Shown here piece by piece: positions 8,683-18,165 of a stretch of DNA of 34,854 nucleotides. The notes under the pieces are model-generated. The model made no database searches. It was not told the origin of the DNA and saw nothing but the letters and a program-made list of their open reading frames with translations. This DNA comes from a virus (taxonomy: Duplodnaviria; Caudoviricetes), in IMG/VR virus record IMGVR_UViG_3300005764_000045, positions 1-34,854 of that record, one strand, 5' to 3'. Made by a program: the position numbers and the translations under genes. Numbering within the stretch: the first letter of the stretch is position 1; every line of letters starts with the position of its first letter.

Positions 8683-11635
8683 CTATGCGTACTCAGCCCT
8701 ACAGGTGCTAGTGGGCGCGATCACCCGCCCCATGGAAGATCAGATCAAGACCGCCGCCACTAAGGCAGGTGACGAGGCAGGCAGCACGGTCAGCGATCAC
8801 ATCAGCAAGGGCCTGGCAAAGCTGGGCCCCGCAGCTAAGGCGGTGGGCAAGGCCACCGTGGCGGGCCTGGGCCTGGCCACCACCGCTGCGGTTGCTTTTG
8901 GCGTCAAGGCATATAAGGCCGCTGAGGATGCCAACAAGATCGCTGGCCAGACCGCTGCGGTTATCAAGTCAACGGGTGGCGTGGCCAACGTCACCGCTAA
9001 GCAAATCGACCGCCTGTCAGCCTCGATAATGGCTAAGACAGGTATCGATGACGATGCTATAAAGTCCGGCACAAACATGATGCTGACGTTTACGAACGTC
9101 CGCAATGAGGCTGGCAAAGGCAACGACGTATTTAACCAGGCCACCTCTGTCTTGACCGATATGACAGCCGCGATGACGGGCGGCAATGTCACCGGCGAGG
9201 CAATGAAAAAGCAAGCCATACAATTGGGCAAAGCGCTTAATGACCCGATCAAGGGCATTAGCGCGCTGTCTCGCGTGGGCGTCACGTTCACCCAGCAGCA
9301 AAAAGACCAGATAACCGCCATGGTGCAGAGCGGCCACACCATGGCCGCCCAAAAACTGATCTTGCACGAGCTAAACCGCGAGTTTGGCGGCACCGCAGCG
9401 GCCACCGCCACCATGAGCCAGCGCATCAAAACCGCGTATGGCGAGGTGGAAAAGTCAGTAGGCAAGGTGCTGCTAAAGGCCCTGAACCCAGCGGCCACCG
9501 CAGTGGGCAAACTGGCGTCCAAATTCTCTGAGTCGATAGCGCCAGGCGGCAAGCTGGCCCCCATCTTTAACGCCATCGGTGGCGCGGTGGGCCGCCTCGC
9601 TGCGCCCTTTGCTCACTTTGTGAACATGGCCACAGTCTGGCTGGACAAACTCAAGCCAGCCCAGGTGCAGAAAATTGCCGACGCGATAAAGCACTGGGGG
9701 CCCGCCCTCGCTGGAGCTGGCGGTGCCGCCGCCCTGTTCATGGGCAGCGGGCTGGTGCAGCAGATCCCCATATTTGGCGGCCTGCTGAGTCACCTGCTGG
9801 GCCCCCTCAAGTTGTTTAGCGGTGCTATCGGATCGATTGGCAAAGCGGCAGCGGTGCAGTTGTTCCCAGCCCTAAAGGGCGTGGTGGGCGAGGTGGGCGG
9901 CCTGGGCAAGGCCCTGGGCGTGGCCGCTGGGCCCGTGGGTATCATCCTGACGATTTTTACCACCCTGATGGCGGTTAGCCCGCAATTCCGCAACGCGGTC
10001 ATGGGCCTGGTAAAGACCTTGATCGTGGCCCTGATGCCCGCGTTTAAAGCGATCATTGCGGCCATAAAGCCCCTGCTGCCCATCGTCAATATGCTGGCCC
10101 GCCTGCTGGGCAATGCCCTGGCCCCGATCATAAAGGCCCTGACGCCCATACTGGTCAGCCTGATGCCGCTGGTGGTGCTGCTGGCTAAGGTGCTGGGCCT
10201 CGTGCTGGGCCTCGTGGTGCGGCTGATCACCCCCATCATAAAGATGGCGGTGGCGTTTGAAAAATGGTACATCATTAAAATCCTGGTGCCCCTGATTGGC
10301 TGGCTGGTTAAGGGGCTGACATTCCTGGTCAATGTCATCACCAGCGTGGTCAAGTGGATCATGGGCGGCAGCCCTGGCCTGATACCCGCGTTTAAGGCCC
10401 TTGAGGCCATCGTGGTGCGGGTGGTCAATATCGTGCGCAACGTGGTGGTGGCTGGCTTTAACGCCATACGCCAGGCCATATCAGCCTGCTGGCGCGTGGT
10501 GTCCAACGTGACGGTTAGCACCTGGCACGCGGTGCAGTCCTTTGTCGGCAACGCGGTGCGCGGCGTGCTGTCAGTGGTGTCCAATGTGATGGGCACCCTG
10601 CGCGGCGTGTTCTCCCGCGCGTGGAATGCCGCCGTAAGCGTGGTGCAGGGCATAGGCGGGCGGCTGGTGTCCGCTGGAGCTGATGCCGTTCACTCGCTGC
10701 TATCGGGCATCAGCGGGGCCCTGGCGGGTATCGGGTCATGGGTCAAGGCGCACATTGTTGACCCCATCGTCAATGCGGTTAAAAATTTCTTCCACATCAG
10801 CAGCCCCAGCCAGGTCATGGCAGGGCTGGGCAAAAATGTGGGCCTGGGCTTTATCAGCGGCCTGGTGTCCAGCAACCCGCTGGGCATCGCTAAGCACATC
10901 TTTGGCGGTATCCCTGGAGCCCTCGCGGCCATGCTGGGCAAGGGCCTGGTGGCGGTGGCCAAACTGCCCGCCGCCGCACTGCGGGCCCTGGGCAATCTGG
11001 GCGGCTGGGCTAAGGGCATCCTGGGCAAGATCGGCGGTTTTTTCGGCGGTCTGTTCGGCGGTGGCGGCAGCCCTGGCGTGCAGCACTGGGCGGGCCTGGT
11101 GTCCAGCGTGCTGGCGATGCTGGGGCTGCCGCCCGCCTACCTGGGCCCGTGGCTATCGCAAATGGCCACAGAATCGGGCGGCAACCCTTCCGTGGTCAAC
11201 AGGTGGGATTCCAACTGGCTTGCTGGTCACCCTTCTCAGGGTTTGCTCCAGGTCATTCCTGGCACCTTTGCCGCCTACGCTGGGCCCTTTGCCAGGCGTG
11301 GCATCCTAGACCCCCTGGCTAACGTGTATGCGGCCATTAATTACGCCCTGCACAGGTATGGCCGCCTGGGCATGCTGGGGGTCATCGGGCATGGGCATGG
11401 CTACGCCAGCGGCGGCATCATCGGTGAGCCAGTGGCGGGTTTCGGGCTGACCAGCGGCAGCCTCTACACCTTTGGCGAGCGGGGCCCTGAGCTGGTCACG
11501 CCGCTGGGCGGCCAGGTCGGGCGGGCCCATGGCGTCACGGTCAATGTCTACCCGCGCGCCCATCAGAGTGAAACAGAGATTGCCGCCGCTGTCTCGCGTC
11601 AGCTTGCGTGGGCTGAGGCCACGGGGGCCGCATGA
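8675..11635 (+). CDS. Tape measure protein with C-terminal lytic transglycosylase domain
   Basis: 986 aa, Ala/Gly-rich helical; QLGKALNDP; ISSPSQVM; SLT motifs ESGGNP, GLLQVIP, DPLANVYAAINY. Confidence 0.95.
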   Translation: MADYAYSALQVLVGAITRPMEDQIKTAATKAGDEAGSTVSDHISKGLAKLGPAAKAVGKATVAGLGLATTAAVAFGVKAYKAAEDANKIAGQTAAVIKSTGGVANVTAKQIDRLSASIMAKTGIDDDAIKSGTNMMLTFTNVRNEAGKGNDVFNQATSVLTDMTAAMTGGNVTGEAMKKQAIQLGKALNDPIKGISALSRVGVTFTQQQKDQITAMVQSGHTMAAQKLILHELNREFGGTAAATATMSQRIKTAYGEVEKSVGKVLLKALNPAATAVGKLASKFSESIAPGGKLAPIFNAIGGAVGRLAAPFAHFVNMATVWLDKLKPAQVQKIADAIKHWGPALAGAGGAAALFMGSGLVQQIPIFGGLLSHLLGPLKLFSGAIGSIGKAAAVQLFPALKGVVGEVGGLGKALGVAAGPVGIILTIFTTLMAVSPQFRNAVMGLVKTLIVALMPAFKAIIAAIKPLLPIVNMLARLLGNALAPIIKALTPILVSLMPLVVLLAKVLGLVLGLVVRLITPIIKMAVAFEKWYIIKILVPLIGWLVKGLTFLVNVITSVVKWIMGGSPGLIPAFKALEAIVVRVVNIVRNVVVAGFNAIRQAISACWRVVSNVTVSTWHAVQSFVGNAVRGVLSVVSNVMGTLRGVFSRAWNAAVSVVQGIGGRLVSAGADAVHSLLSGISGALAGIGSWVKAHIVDPIVNAVKNFFHISSPSQVMAGLGKNVGLGFISGLVSSNPLGIAKHIFGGIPGALAAMLGKGLVAVAKLPAAALRALGNLGGWAKGILGKIGGFFGGLFGGGGSPGVQHWAGLVSSVLAMLGLPPAYLGPWLSQMATESGGNPSVVNRWDSNWLAGHPSQGLLQVIPGTFAAYAGPFARRGILDPLANVYAAINYALHRYGRLGMLGVIGHGHGYASGGIIGEPVAGFGLTSGSLYTFGERGPELVTPLGGQVGRAHGVTVNVYPRAHQSETEIAAAVSRQLAWAEATGAA

Positions 11636-11671
11636 ACCAAACCGAGGTATCCCAAATAGAGAGGGCCAGCG

Positions 11672-12073
11672 ATGGCTAATAACCCGTTCCTGTCTGACGC
11701 GGCTGCTAAGGCCGCCGCTGATGCGGTCTGTGCGCTTTGCAATGGCGGCAGCATCGCCATCAGGTCAGGTGCCCAGCCCGCCAACGCCAACGCTGCCGCG
11801 AGCGGCACCCTGCTGGTAACGCTGACTTTCGGGGCCACGGCTTTTGGCCCTGCCAGCTCCAGCGGCGTGGCCACCGCCAATGCGATCACCGCCGCCAATG
11901 CGGTGGCCGCAGGCACCGCCTCATGGTTCCGCGCGTTTAAGTCTGACGGCACCACCGCAGTGTTTGACGGCAGCGTGGGCACCAGCGCGGCTGACCTGAT
12001 TCTGTCCAGCGTGGCGCTGGCGGTGGGCGGCAACGTCGCCATTAGCTCACTCACCTACACCCAGACCGAGTAA
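11672..12073 (+). CDS. Small beta-rich virion structural protein (putative fibre subunit)
   Basis: 133 aa; GAQPANA, GTASWFR, DGSVG motifs of a widespread phage structural family; own RBS. Confidence 0.65.
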   Translation: MANNPFLSDAAAKAAADAVCALCNGGSIAIRSGAQPANANAAASGTLLVTLTFGATAFGPASSSGVATANAITAANAVAAGTASWFRAFKSDGTTAVFDGSVGTSAADLILSSVALAVGGNVAISSLTYTQTE

Positions 12074-12091
12074 AGCCCAGGGGCCCCAGCC

Positions 12092-14305
12092 GTGGCTAAC
12101 GCTGCCGTTTATGAGTGCTGCTCTGGGTCACAGGCCCAGAACATCAGCCTAAACCTGGCCGTTAATTACGGGGCACAGGATGCCTCGTTTAGCGGCGGCG
12201 TGGGCAGTTACCGCATGCCCCAGGTGGGTGACCTGGTGGTGGTCTTTGCGGGCGTTGACAATACGGCTGGCACCCCTCAGAGCATCAGTGACAGCAAAGC
12301 CAATACCTGGACCGCGATACAGACCCAGGCGGGGGCGGTTAACCAGCAATTCAAATGCTGGGGTTCGGTCATTGCGGCGGGCAAGGTGCCCACCTCCAGT
12401 GACACCATCACCGTGGCATTTGCCGCCACCTCTGGGTCAAAGCACCTGATAGCAAAGGTGATCGTGGGCCCGTCAGCGGTCACTGCCTTTAACCAGGTCA
12501 CCACCCAGGGGTCAGGCGGGGGCACCTGGTCTAGCGGGGCCAGCGGGGCCATCACGCCAACCAAAATACAGATTGGCGTCTTGCAAAATGCCTCCGCTGG
12601 CGGCAAGCCCACCGCGCTGACGTTTGACGCGGCGGGGGCCACGTTCACCCAGGCCCCTAGCGGCCACTGGTCAGCGTTCATGGTGGACACAAACCCGCCA
12701 GCGGGCGGCCAGGCCGCAGGCGGCACCACCGCCTCAGGCACCTGGGCAGCGGGCACCTGGACGCATACCGCGCCGACGCCCGCCACGGGCACGGGCACCA
12801 TCGCCAGCAAGAAAATCGCGCTGGCGGGCAGCGGCACCTACATTGACCCGACCACGGGCAGCGGGGCCATCGCCAGCAAGAAAATCGCGCTGGCTGGGTC
12901 GGGCAGTTACATACCCCCGACCACGGGCACGGGCGGCATCGCCAGCAAAAAGGTGGCGCTGGCTGGGTCGGGCACCTACACCCCCCCGACCACGGGCACG
13001 GGCACCATCACCGCCAAAAAGGTGGCCCTGGCGGGCGTCGGCACCTACACCCCGCCGCCCGTTACGGGCACGGGGGCCATCGCTGCCAAAAAGGTGGCGC
13101 TGGCTGGGTCGGGCACCTATACCCCGCCGATCACTGGCACTGGCGCGGTGGCCAGCAAGAAAATCGCGCTGGCTGGCCTGGGGTCATACGCGGGGGCGGT
13201 GGTGGGCACGGGGGCCATCGCCAGCAAAAAGGTGGCCCTGGCGGGCGTCGGCACCTACACCCCGCCCCCGGTCACGGGCACTGGGGCGGTCAAGGCTAAG
13301 AAAATCGCGCTGGCGGGCACGGGCACCGCTGGCATACAGGGCACCACGGGTTTTGGCGGCATCACCGCCAAAAAGATCAGCCTGGCGGGCCTGGGCACCT
13401 ATACCGACCCCGCGCCCGTGGTGCCCGTGCCCGTGGTGCTGGCTGAGGGCCCGCCCGCCCTCGTGCCCGTGGTCTGGGGCCAGCTCAGCCTCAATGACGG
13501 CAACCGCGACGATGGCCTGTGCACGGTCGTGACCGATGTATCGGGCTGGTACGGCAGCCCGCCGCTGGACGGCAACGACCTGGCCCGCGTGCTGGCTGAC
13601 GGCGCACTGTACGGGTATAAGACCCTGGGGCCACGGCTGGTCACCATCAGCGGGGCCGCTGCGGGCCCGCGTGACCTGCTGAATAACTACGCCCGCCAGC
13701 TTGCGGGCCTGGCCGCAGGCCGCCAGGCGGTCAGCCTGCTGGTGGGTGAGGATGACGGCAGCGACGACCCTGGCAGCCTGGCCGCGATGGCACGGGCTGA
13801 CTCTGACAGCCTGACCCTGGCCTGGCAGGGCCGCGAGCTATTCACCTGGCAGGTTGCCCTGACCCTGGCTGACCCCCGCCTCTATGAGGGCGAGGTGCGC
13901 ACGGTCACCCTGACCCCGCTGCCCTCAGGTGCGCCCACGGGCCGCACCTACCCCTTTGCCCCGCCGCGTTTCTATGCCAGCGCTGATGTGGCCAATGCCG
14001 CGATCCTGACCAACGTGGGCAACGCGCCCGCGCCAGTGTTCATCACCTATACGGGCAGCCTGGCTGAGTCGAGGCTGACGGACGGGCAGACCACTATCCA
14101 CCTGGCCCCCGTGGGCGCGGGCCAGCAGATTTACGTCAATAGCGAGACGCTGGCGGCCAGCGCTCCAGGCGGGGCCTCTAGGGCGTCTTACCTGCTGCCT
14201 GGCACCGCCCCGCTGCTGGTGCCGCCCTACTCAGATACGCCCTGGTATCTGTACGGCACGGGCAGCGGCACGGTGACGCTGGCCTGGCAGGGGGCCTGGA
14301 CGTGA
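12092..14305 (+). CDS. Minor tail protein: N-terminal beta domain, 9 repeats and C-terminal distal-tail (Dit)-like domain
   Basis: C-terminal part has VSGWYGSP, GPRLVTISG, LADPRLY, NVGNAPA Dit-type motifs; tandem repeats in the middle. Confidence 0.8.
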   Translation: MANAAVYECCSGSQAQNISLNLAVNYGAQDASFSGGVGSYRMPQVGDLVVVFAGVDNTAGTPQSISDSKANTWTAIQTQAGAVNQQFKCWGSVIAAGKVPTSSDTITVAFAATSGSKHLIAKVIVGPSAVTAFNQVTTQGSGGGTWSSGASGAITPTKIQIGVLQNASAGGKPTALTFDAAGATFTQAPSGHWSAFMVDTNPPAGGQAAGGTTASGTWAAGTWTHTAPTPATGTGTIASKKIALAGSGTYIDPTTGSGAIASKKIALAGSGSYIPPTTGTGGIASKKVALAGSGTYTPPTTGTGTITAKKVALAGVGTYTPPPVTGTGAIAAKKVALAGSGTYTPPITGTGAVASKKIALAGLGSYAGAVVGTGAIASKKVALAGVGTYTPPPVTGTGAVKAKKIALAGTGTAGIQGTTGFGGITAKKISLAGLGTYTDPAPVVPVPVVLAEGPPALVPVVWGQLSLNDGNRDDGLCTVVTDVSGWYGSPPLDGNDLARVLADGALYGYKTLGPRLVTISGAAAGPRDLLNNYARQLAGLAAGRQAVSLLVGEDDGSDDPGSLAAMARADSDSLTLAWQGRELFTWQVALTLADPRLYEGEVRTVTLTPLPSGAPTGRTYPFAPPRFYASADVANAAILTNVGNAPAPVFITYTGSLAESRLTDGQTTIHLAPVGAGQQIYVNSETLAASAPGGASRASYLLPGTAPLLVPPYSDTPWYLYGTGSGTVTLAWQGAWT
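12782..13410 (+). repeat. Nine tandem 69-72 bp coding repeats (TGxGxIxxKKxALAGxGTY)
   Basis: Directly visible in DNA and protein. Confidence 0.95.
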
Positions 14306-15537
14306 CCGGGCCCAGCAGGCCCAGCGGGTTTGTGGCGGGGGCGGGCGGGCCGCCCTCGCTGGCCGCCGCGCTGCCCGGTCAGTGGCAATTCTGGGCTGAC
14401 CGCGCGGTGGCCCCATACGGTGCTTTTGGGCGGGTGGAGGTCACAGGGTTTAGCGCCAGCAGCGAGCTGAGCGGTTTTGGCCAGGGCCAGGCGGTCATAC
14501 CCGTTGACGGCAACGCCCTGGGCCGCACTGACCTGCTGGCGTTTTACACCTGGCGTTTGTGGGCCTATTACCAGGGCGTGCCAGTGTGGGCGGGCCTGGG
14601 CACGGGGTTGCAGGACGATGGCGGCAGCGCGGTGCAGGTCAGCCTGACGGAATTGCCAGGCTATTTGCTCAGGAAACAGTTTGTGAGCAATGCGACCTAT
14701 ACGCCCGCGCAAGACCAGACCGTGGCCGCCGCTGACCTGGCCGCGCGGCTGGACAATATAGGCGTGGCCCGCCAGATCGATGCGGGCCCAGGGCACGGGC
14801 GCAGCCTGGTCTATAACTACCTGGACGGGCAATCGCGTGGTGACCTGCTGGTGGCCCTCGCCCAGCTAAGCCAGGGGCCGCAGTTTCGCGCTGAGTACGC
14901 GGTCAACGCCAGCGGCCTGCCCACCTGCACGCTGCACATCGCTTACCCGCGCGTGGGCAATGCTGGCACCGCCTCAGGGCTGGCCCTCGTGGTGCCTGGC
15001 GGGGCCTCCACCTTTACCGCGACGTGGGATAGCGCGGCCATGCGCACCCGCACCTTCGCGGTGGGTGACCTGCCTGACGGGGCGGCCACGGGCACAAAGC
15101 GGCCAGTGGTCACAGACATCAGGCCCCAGGCGGGCGTGCCCGTGCTGGACGCTGCTGACGATTGGTCGGGCATCAGTGACACCGCCCAGCTAACCGACCT
15201 GGCCGCCACCGCCGCCACGATCTACGCCACGCCCTCGCTGGCGCTGTCTGCGGTCATGCCCATCAGCAGCCCGCCGCTGGGCACTTACGCGGTGGGCGAT
15301 GACGTGGCCCTGGCGCTGTCAGACCCGCTGATACCTGAGGGCTACGTGGCCACCGCGCAGCTAACCAAGATCGATATTGACGCCAGCGCGGGCACCGCCA
15401 CCTGGGGCCTGGGCGTGACCACGCCCGCCCAGCGGCCACCGCGCAGCCTGCTGGCCCGCCTGCGGGCCGCTGAGGCCCGCCTGGCCGCGATGGCGCATAA
15501 CAACATGCCCCCGCCACCCACAGGAACGGAAACCTAG
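14302..15537 (+). CDS. Minor tail protein (baseplate hub, ReqiPepy6 gp37-like)
   Basis: PVWAG, GYLLRK, YPRVG, LGTYAVGDDV motifs; follows the Dit-like gene. Confidence 0.8.
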   Translation: MTGPSRPSGFVAGAGGPPSLAAALPGQWQFWADRAVAPYGAFGRVEVTGFSASSELSGFGQGQAVIPVDGNALGRTDLLAFYTWRLWAYYQGVPVWAGLGTGLQDDGGSAVQVSLTELPGYLLRKQFVSNATYTPAQDQTVAAADLAARLDNIGVARQIDAGPGHGRSLVYNYLDGQSRGDLLVALAQLSQGPQFRAEYAVNASGLPTCTLHIAYPRVGNAGTASGLALVVPGGASTFTATWDSAAMRTRTFAVGDLPDGAATGTKRPVVTDIRPQAGVPVLDAADDWSGISDTAQLTDLAATAATIYATPSLALSAVMPISSPPLGTYAVGDDVALALSDPLIPEGYVATAQLTKIDIDASAGTATWGLGVTTPAQRPPRSLLARLRAAEARLAAMAHNNMPPPPTGTET

Positions 15538-15539
15538 CT

Positions 15540-16544
15540 ATGGCACCTCGCACGCGCCCGCGCGCCTACCCTGACCCGCGTGCCGCCACGGTCACTGGCC
15601 TGCTGGCCTGGGGCCAGGCGGGCAACTATAACGCCATCGATGACAGGTCAGCGCTGGCCGCCCTCTACCTGTCTGGGCGGGGCAGCGGCGGCCTGGTCAG
15701 CCCGCCCACGTTCACCGCGCAGAGCGGCCTGACATTCCAGATTGGGCCCTGGCTGGCGGTGGTGGACTGCGGCGACGGCACCAGGGCAGTGATCGGCAGC
15801 AGGGCCGCCCAGAACATAGACGAGACAGCGGGCGGGGCCAGCGCGCGGGCTGATGTGGTCTGGGCTGACATCAGCCCCGACGCGGCCACCTACACCATCA
15901 GCCTGATACCCGAGTCAGCCATGGCGGGCCGCGCGGGCGTGTTCCTGGGCCTGGTGCTGGTGCCCGCCAGCGCCAGCACCAGCGCGGCCATGGACCTGCG
16001 GCCAGGCGGCAGCCGCGTGCTGGGCATGCGTAAGTCATTCCAGCCAAACATAACGATCACTAACATTGCGTGGCGCACCTGGGCCAGCATCGTCATACCC
16101 GCCTATGACGCTGAGGTGGGCGCGACCTATGACCTAGAGGTCTGGGGCGGTGGAGCGCAGGGCAACCCACGGCAAGAGCTGGACGTGGCCGCCGCGCTCA
16201 ACGGCACCGTGATGGGCAGTTACCTGCGGTTTGCGTTTAACTCGCTGCCCACCACTAATGATCAATTCCGCCTGTGGACCCGCATACGGGCCATCTGTAT
16301 GAGCACAGGCACGGGCGGCACATTCCAGACCGCTGTCTGGGCCAATCAGTCCGAAACCAGCCAGCCCCTAGCAACGGTCAATAACAACTTTGCCAGCGGT
16401 TTTGCCTGTGATACCGCTAGCAACGTGACCCCTGCGGACACCACCCGCGATATAACCCTGGCGGTGCAGTGCCAGTGGTCAACGGGCAGCGGCAGCGGTG
16501 CCAACATCGTCAGCCGCCAGGCCATAGGCGGGCGGGTGGCCTGA
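15540..16544 (+). CDS. Minor tail protein / putative receptor-binding protein
   Basis: Position; N-terminal RADVVWA motif seen in actinophage minor tails; beta-rich C-terminus. Confidence 0.7.
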   Translation: MAPRTRPRAYPDPRAATVTGLLAWGQAGNYNAIDDRSALAALYLSGRGSGGLVSPPTFTAQSGLTFQIGPWLAVVDCGDGTRAVIGSRAAQNIDETAGGASARADVVWADISPDAATYTISLIPESAMAGRAGVFLGLVLVPASASTSAAMDLRPGGSRVLGMRKSFQPNITITNIAWRTWASIVIPAYDAEVGATYDLEVWGGGAQGNPRQELDVAAALNGTVMGSYLRFAFNSLPTTNDQFRLWTRIRAICMSTGTGGTFQTAVWANQSETSQPLATVNNNFASGFACDTASNVTPADTTRDITLAVQCQWSTGSGSGANIVSRQAIGGRVA

Positions 16545-16735
16545 TGCCCGATTGGCGGGTAAGGGGCGGCCTGGTGATCATGGCCGCCCTGTGCCTGGCT
16601 GGCGCGGTGCTTATCCCGCTGGTGCCCAGCGATGCCCGAAACGACATTCTGGCGGCAGGTCTGGGCCTGGGCGGCCTGGCCATGCTGCTGGTGGCCCTGT
16701 GGAAACGAGACGGCAATGGAGGCCCGACCAAATGA
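16544..16735 (+). CDS. Putative holin (2 TM)
   Basis: 63 aa, two hydrophobic helices, charged C-terminus, upstream of the endolysin. Confidence 0.55.
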   Translation: MPDWRVRGGLVIMAALCLAGAVLIPLVPSDARNDILAAGLGLGGLAMLLVALWKRDGNGGPTK

Positions 16736-16905
16736 ACAGACTCAGCGAGCTGGCAGCCTCGTGGCGCAGGCACCGCGAGCAAGCCGATTGGCGGGCCAGG
16801 CGTGGGCGTTTCGCTGGCCTGGAGCGTGACACGCCCGACCGACCCCAGGTCATGCCCGTGCCTGAGCCCCCAGTGGAGCGGCAGACCCACAGGCCCAGGG
16901 CCTAG
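16732..16905 (+). CDS. Hypothetical protein in the lysis cassette
   Basis: ATGA-coupled to the upstream ORF and fills the gap to the endolysin. Confidence 0.5.
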   Translation: MNRLSELAASWRRHREQADWRARRGRFAGLERDTPDRPQVMPVPEPPVERQTHRPRA

Positions 16906-16907
16906 CC

Positions 16908-17732
16908 ATGGCCCTGATTCGTGAGTGGATAGCCTCGCCCTGCTATAGCTCCAGGGGCGGCAGCAGCGTGCGGCTGATCGTGGTGCACACCGCTGAGGGC
17001 GCGCGGACCATCGAGGATCTGGGCGCGTTTTTCGCCAACGGGGCTAATGGCGTCAGCAGCCACACTGGTGCTGATGACCAGCCTGGCCGCGTGGGCGAAT
17101 ACGTGACCAGGGGCAATAAGGCATGGACCCAGGGCAACGCCAACCCCGTGGCTGTCTCGCTGGAGCTATGCGGGTTTGCCTCGTGGTCAACCGCAGTGTG
17201 GAAAAACGATCATCACACCATGCTAGAAAACTGCGCCGCCTGGATAGCGGAAGAGGCGGCGCACTATGGCCTGCCGATAACCGAGCTGAGCCCCCAGCAG
17301 GCCCAGGGGTCTGGGCGGGGGGTCTGCCAGCACATCGATCTAGGGGCCTGGGGCGGTGGCCACGTTGACTGCGGGTCTGGCTTCCCCATGGGTTACGTGC
17401 TGGATATGGCACGCAACGGGCCCGCAAAGCCACCACCACCAGCGATAGAGGGCGATGACGTGTTTTACCTGGAGTTTGACGAGGGCGGCAGTGCGCCGCT
17501 GGTATTCAGCAACCTGGAGGCTGACGGCAAGCACCGCGTGCGCCTCTTCTGTGGCCGCAACTGCACGGTGGAGCTAGACCTAGCCACGGATAAAGCCCCC
17601 TTTGATCTGGGCTGGGACCGTGGCCCTAATGGCCTCAAGATCCCTGAGGGCGTCAAAAAGGGCGCGGTGCGCTACATCACCGCGCCCGCCCAGGGTGCGC
17701 GCATCGCTTGCGTGATCAGCGAGTCAAGTTAG
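16908..17732 (+). CDS. Endolysin, N-acetylmuramoyl-L-alanine amidase (Amidase_2)
   Basis: IVVHTAEG, VSSH, AWTQGNAN, SLELCG, GHVDCG Zn-amidase motifs. Confidence 0.92.
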   Translation: MALIREWIASPCYSSRGGSSVRLIVVHTAEGARTIEDLGAFFANGANGVSSHTGADDQPGRVGEYVTRGNKAWTQGNANPVAVSLELCGFASWSTAVWKNDHHTMLENCAAWIAEEAAHYGLPITELSPQQAQGSGRGVCQHIDLGAWGGGHVDCGSGFPMGYVLDMARNGPAKPPPPAIEGDDVFYLEFDEGGSAPLVFSNLEADGKHRVRLFCGRNCTVELDLATDKAPFDLGWDRGPNGLKIPEGVKKGAVRYITAPAQGARIACVISESS

Positions 17733-17738
17733 ACGCCA

Positions 17739-17775
17739 GCGAGGGCCCGCCATCCCCCGCGTGGCGGGCCCTCGC
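17739..17775. terminator. Hairpin terminator between convergent operons
   Basis: 14-bp perfect stem GCGAGGGCCCGCCA / TGGCGGGCCCTCGC just after the endolysin stop. Confidence 0.7.
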
Positions 17776-17946
17776 ACTGGTGCCCTGGCCCCCCTCGTGC
17801 GCAGGGTTATGCACAGGTGTGCACAGGTGTGCGCACTGGCAGGGCACCAGGTCAAGGCAGCCAGGCGGGCGGGCGTATCCGGCACGCGCAGAGCGGGGGG
17901 GCTAGCGGTTGGCCCTGCGCGGCAGCCGCGCCCGCCTGGCTGCGGT

Positions 17947-18165
17947 CTAGGCGGGCGTATCGGCTGGGGCCTCGATGATCAGCGCCATGAGGCCATCAGG
18001 CGTGCGGGCGGCCACCAGCACGTCACCCAGGCGGGCCCACCAGGCCATCGGGCCGCCTGCGCCGCTGCCGCCCTCAGTCCATGACACCCCGATGACCCAG
18101 CCGCCCTCAGCGTGGGCCTCAGCGAGGTCTAGGGGCAATTCGTGATCGGGCAGCACCACCATCAT
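17947..18165 (-). CDS. Hypothetical protein
   Basis: ATGA-coupled to the Lsr2-like gene. Confidence 0.6.
   Translation of the reverse strand: MMVVLPDHELPLDLAEAHAEGGWVIGVSWTEGGSGAGGPMAWWARLGDVLVAARTPDGLMALIIEAPADTPA

Noticed and set aside
8797-10653. Long antisense ORFs (259 and 287 aa) inside the tape measure gene
   Set aside because: Mirror of codon bias; no independent signals
12782-13410. Repeat array as CRISPR or DGR template/variable repeats
   Set aside because: Repeats are degenerate, in frame and contiguous with no unique spacers; no cas operon or reverse transcriptase in the window
12624-13532. 302-aa Arg-rich alternative-frame ORF over the tail repeats
   Set aside because: Shadow of the GC-rich repeat coding frame; no RBS, low complexity
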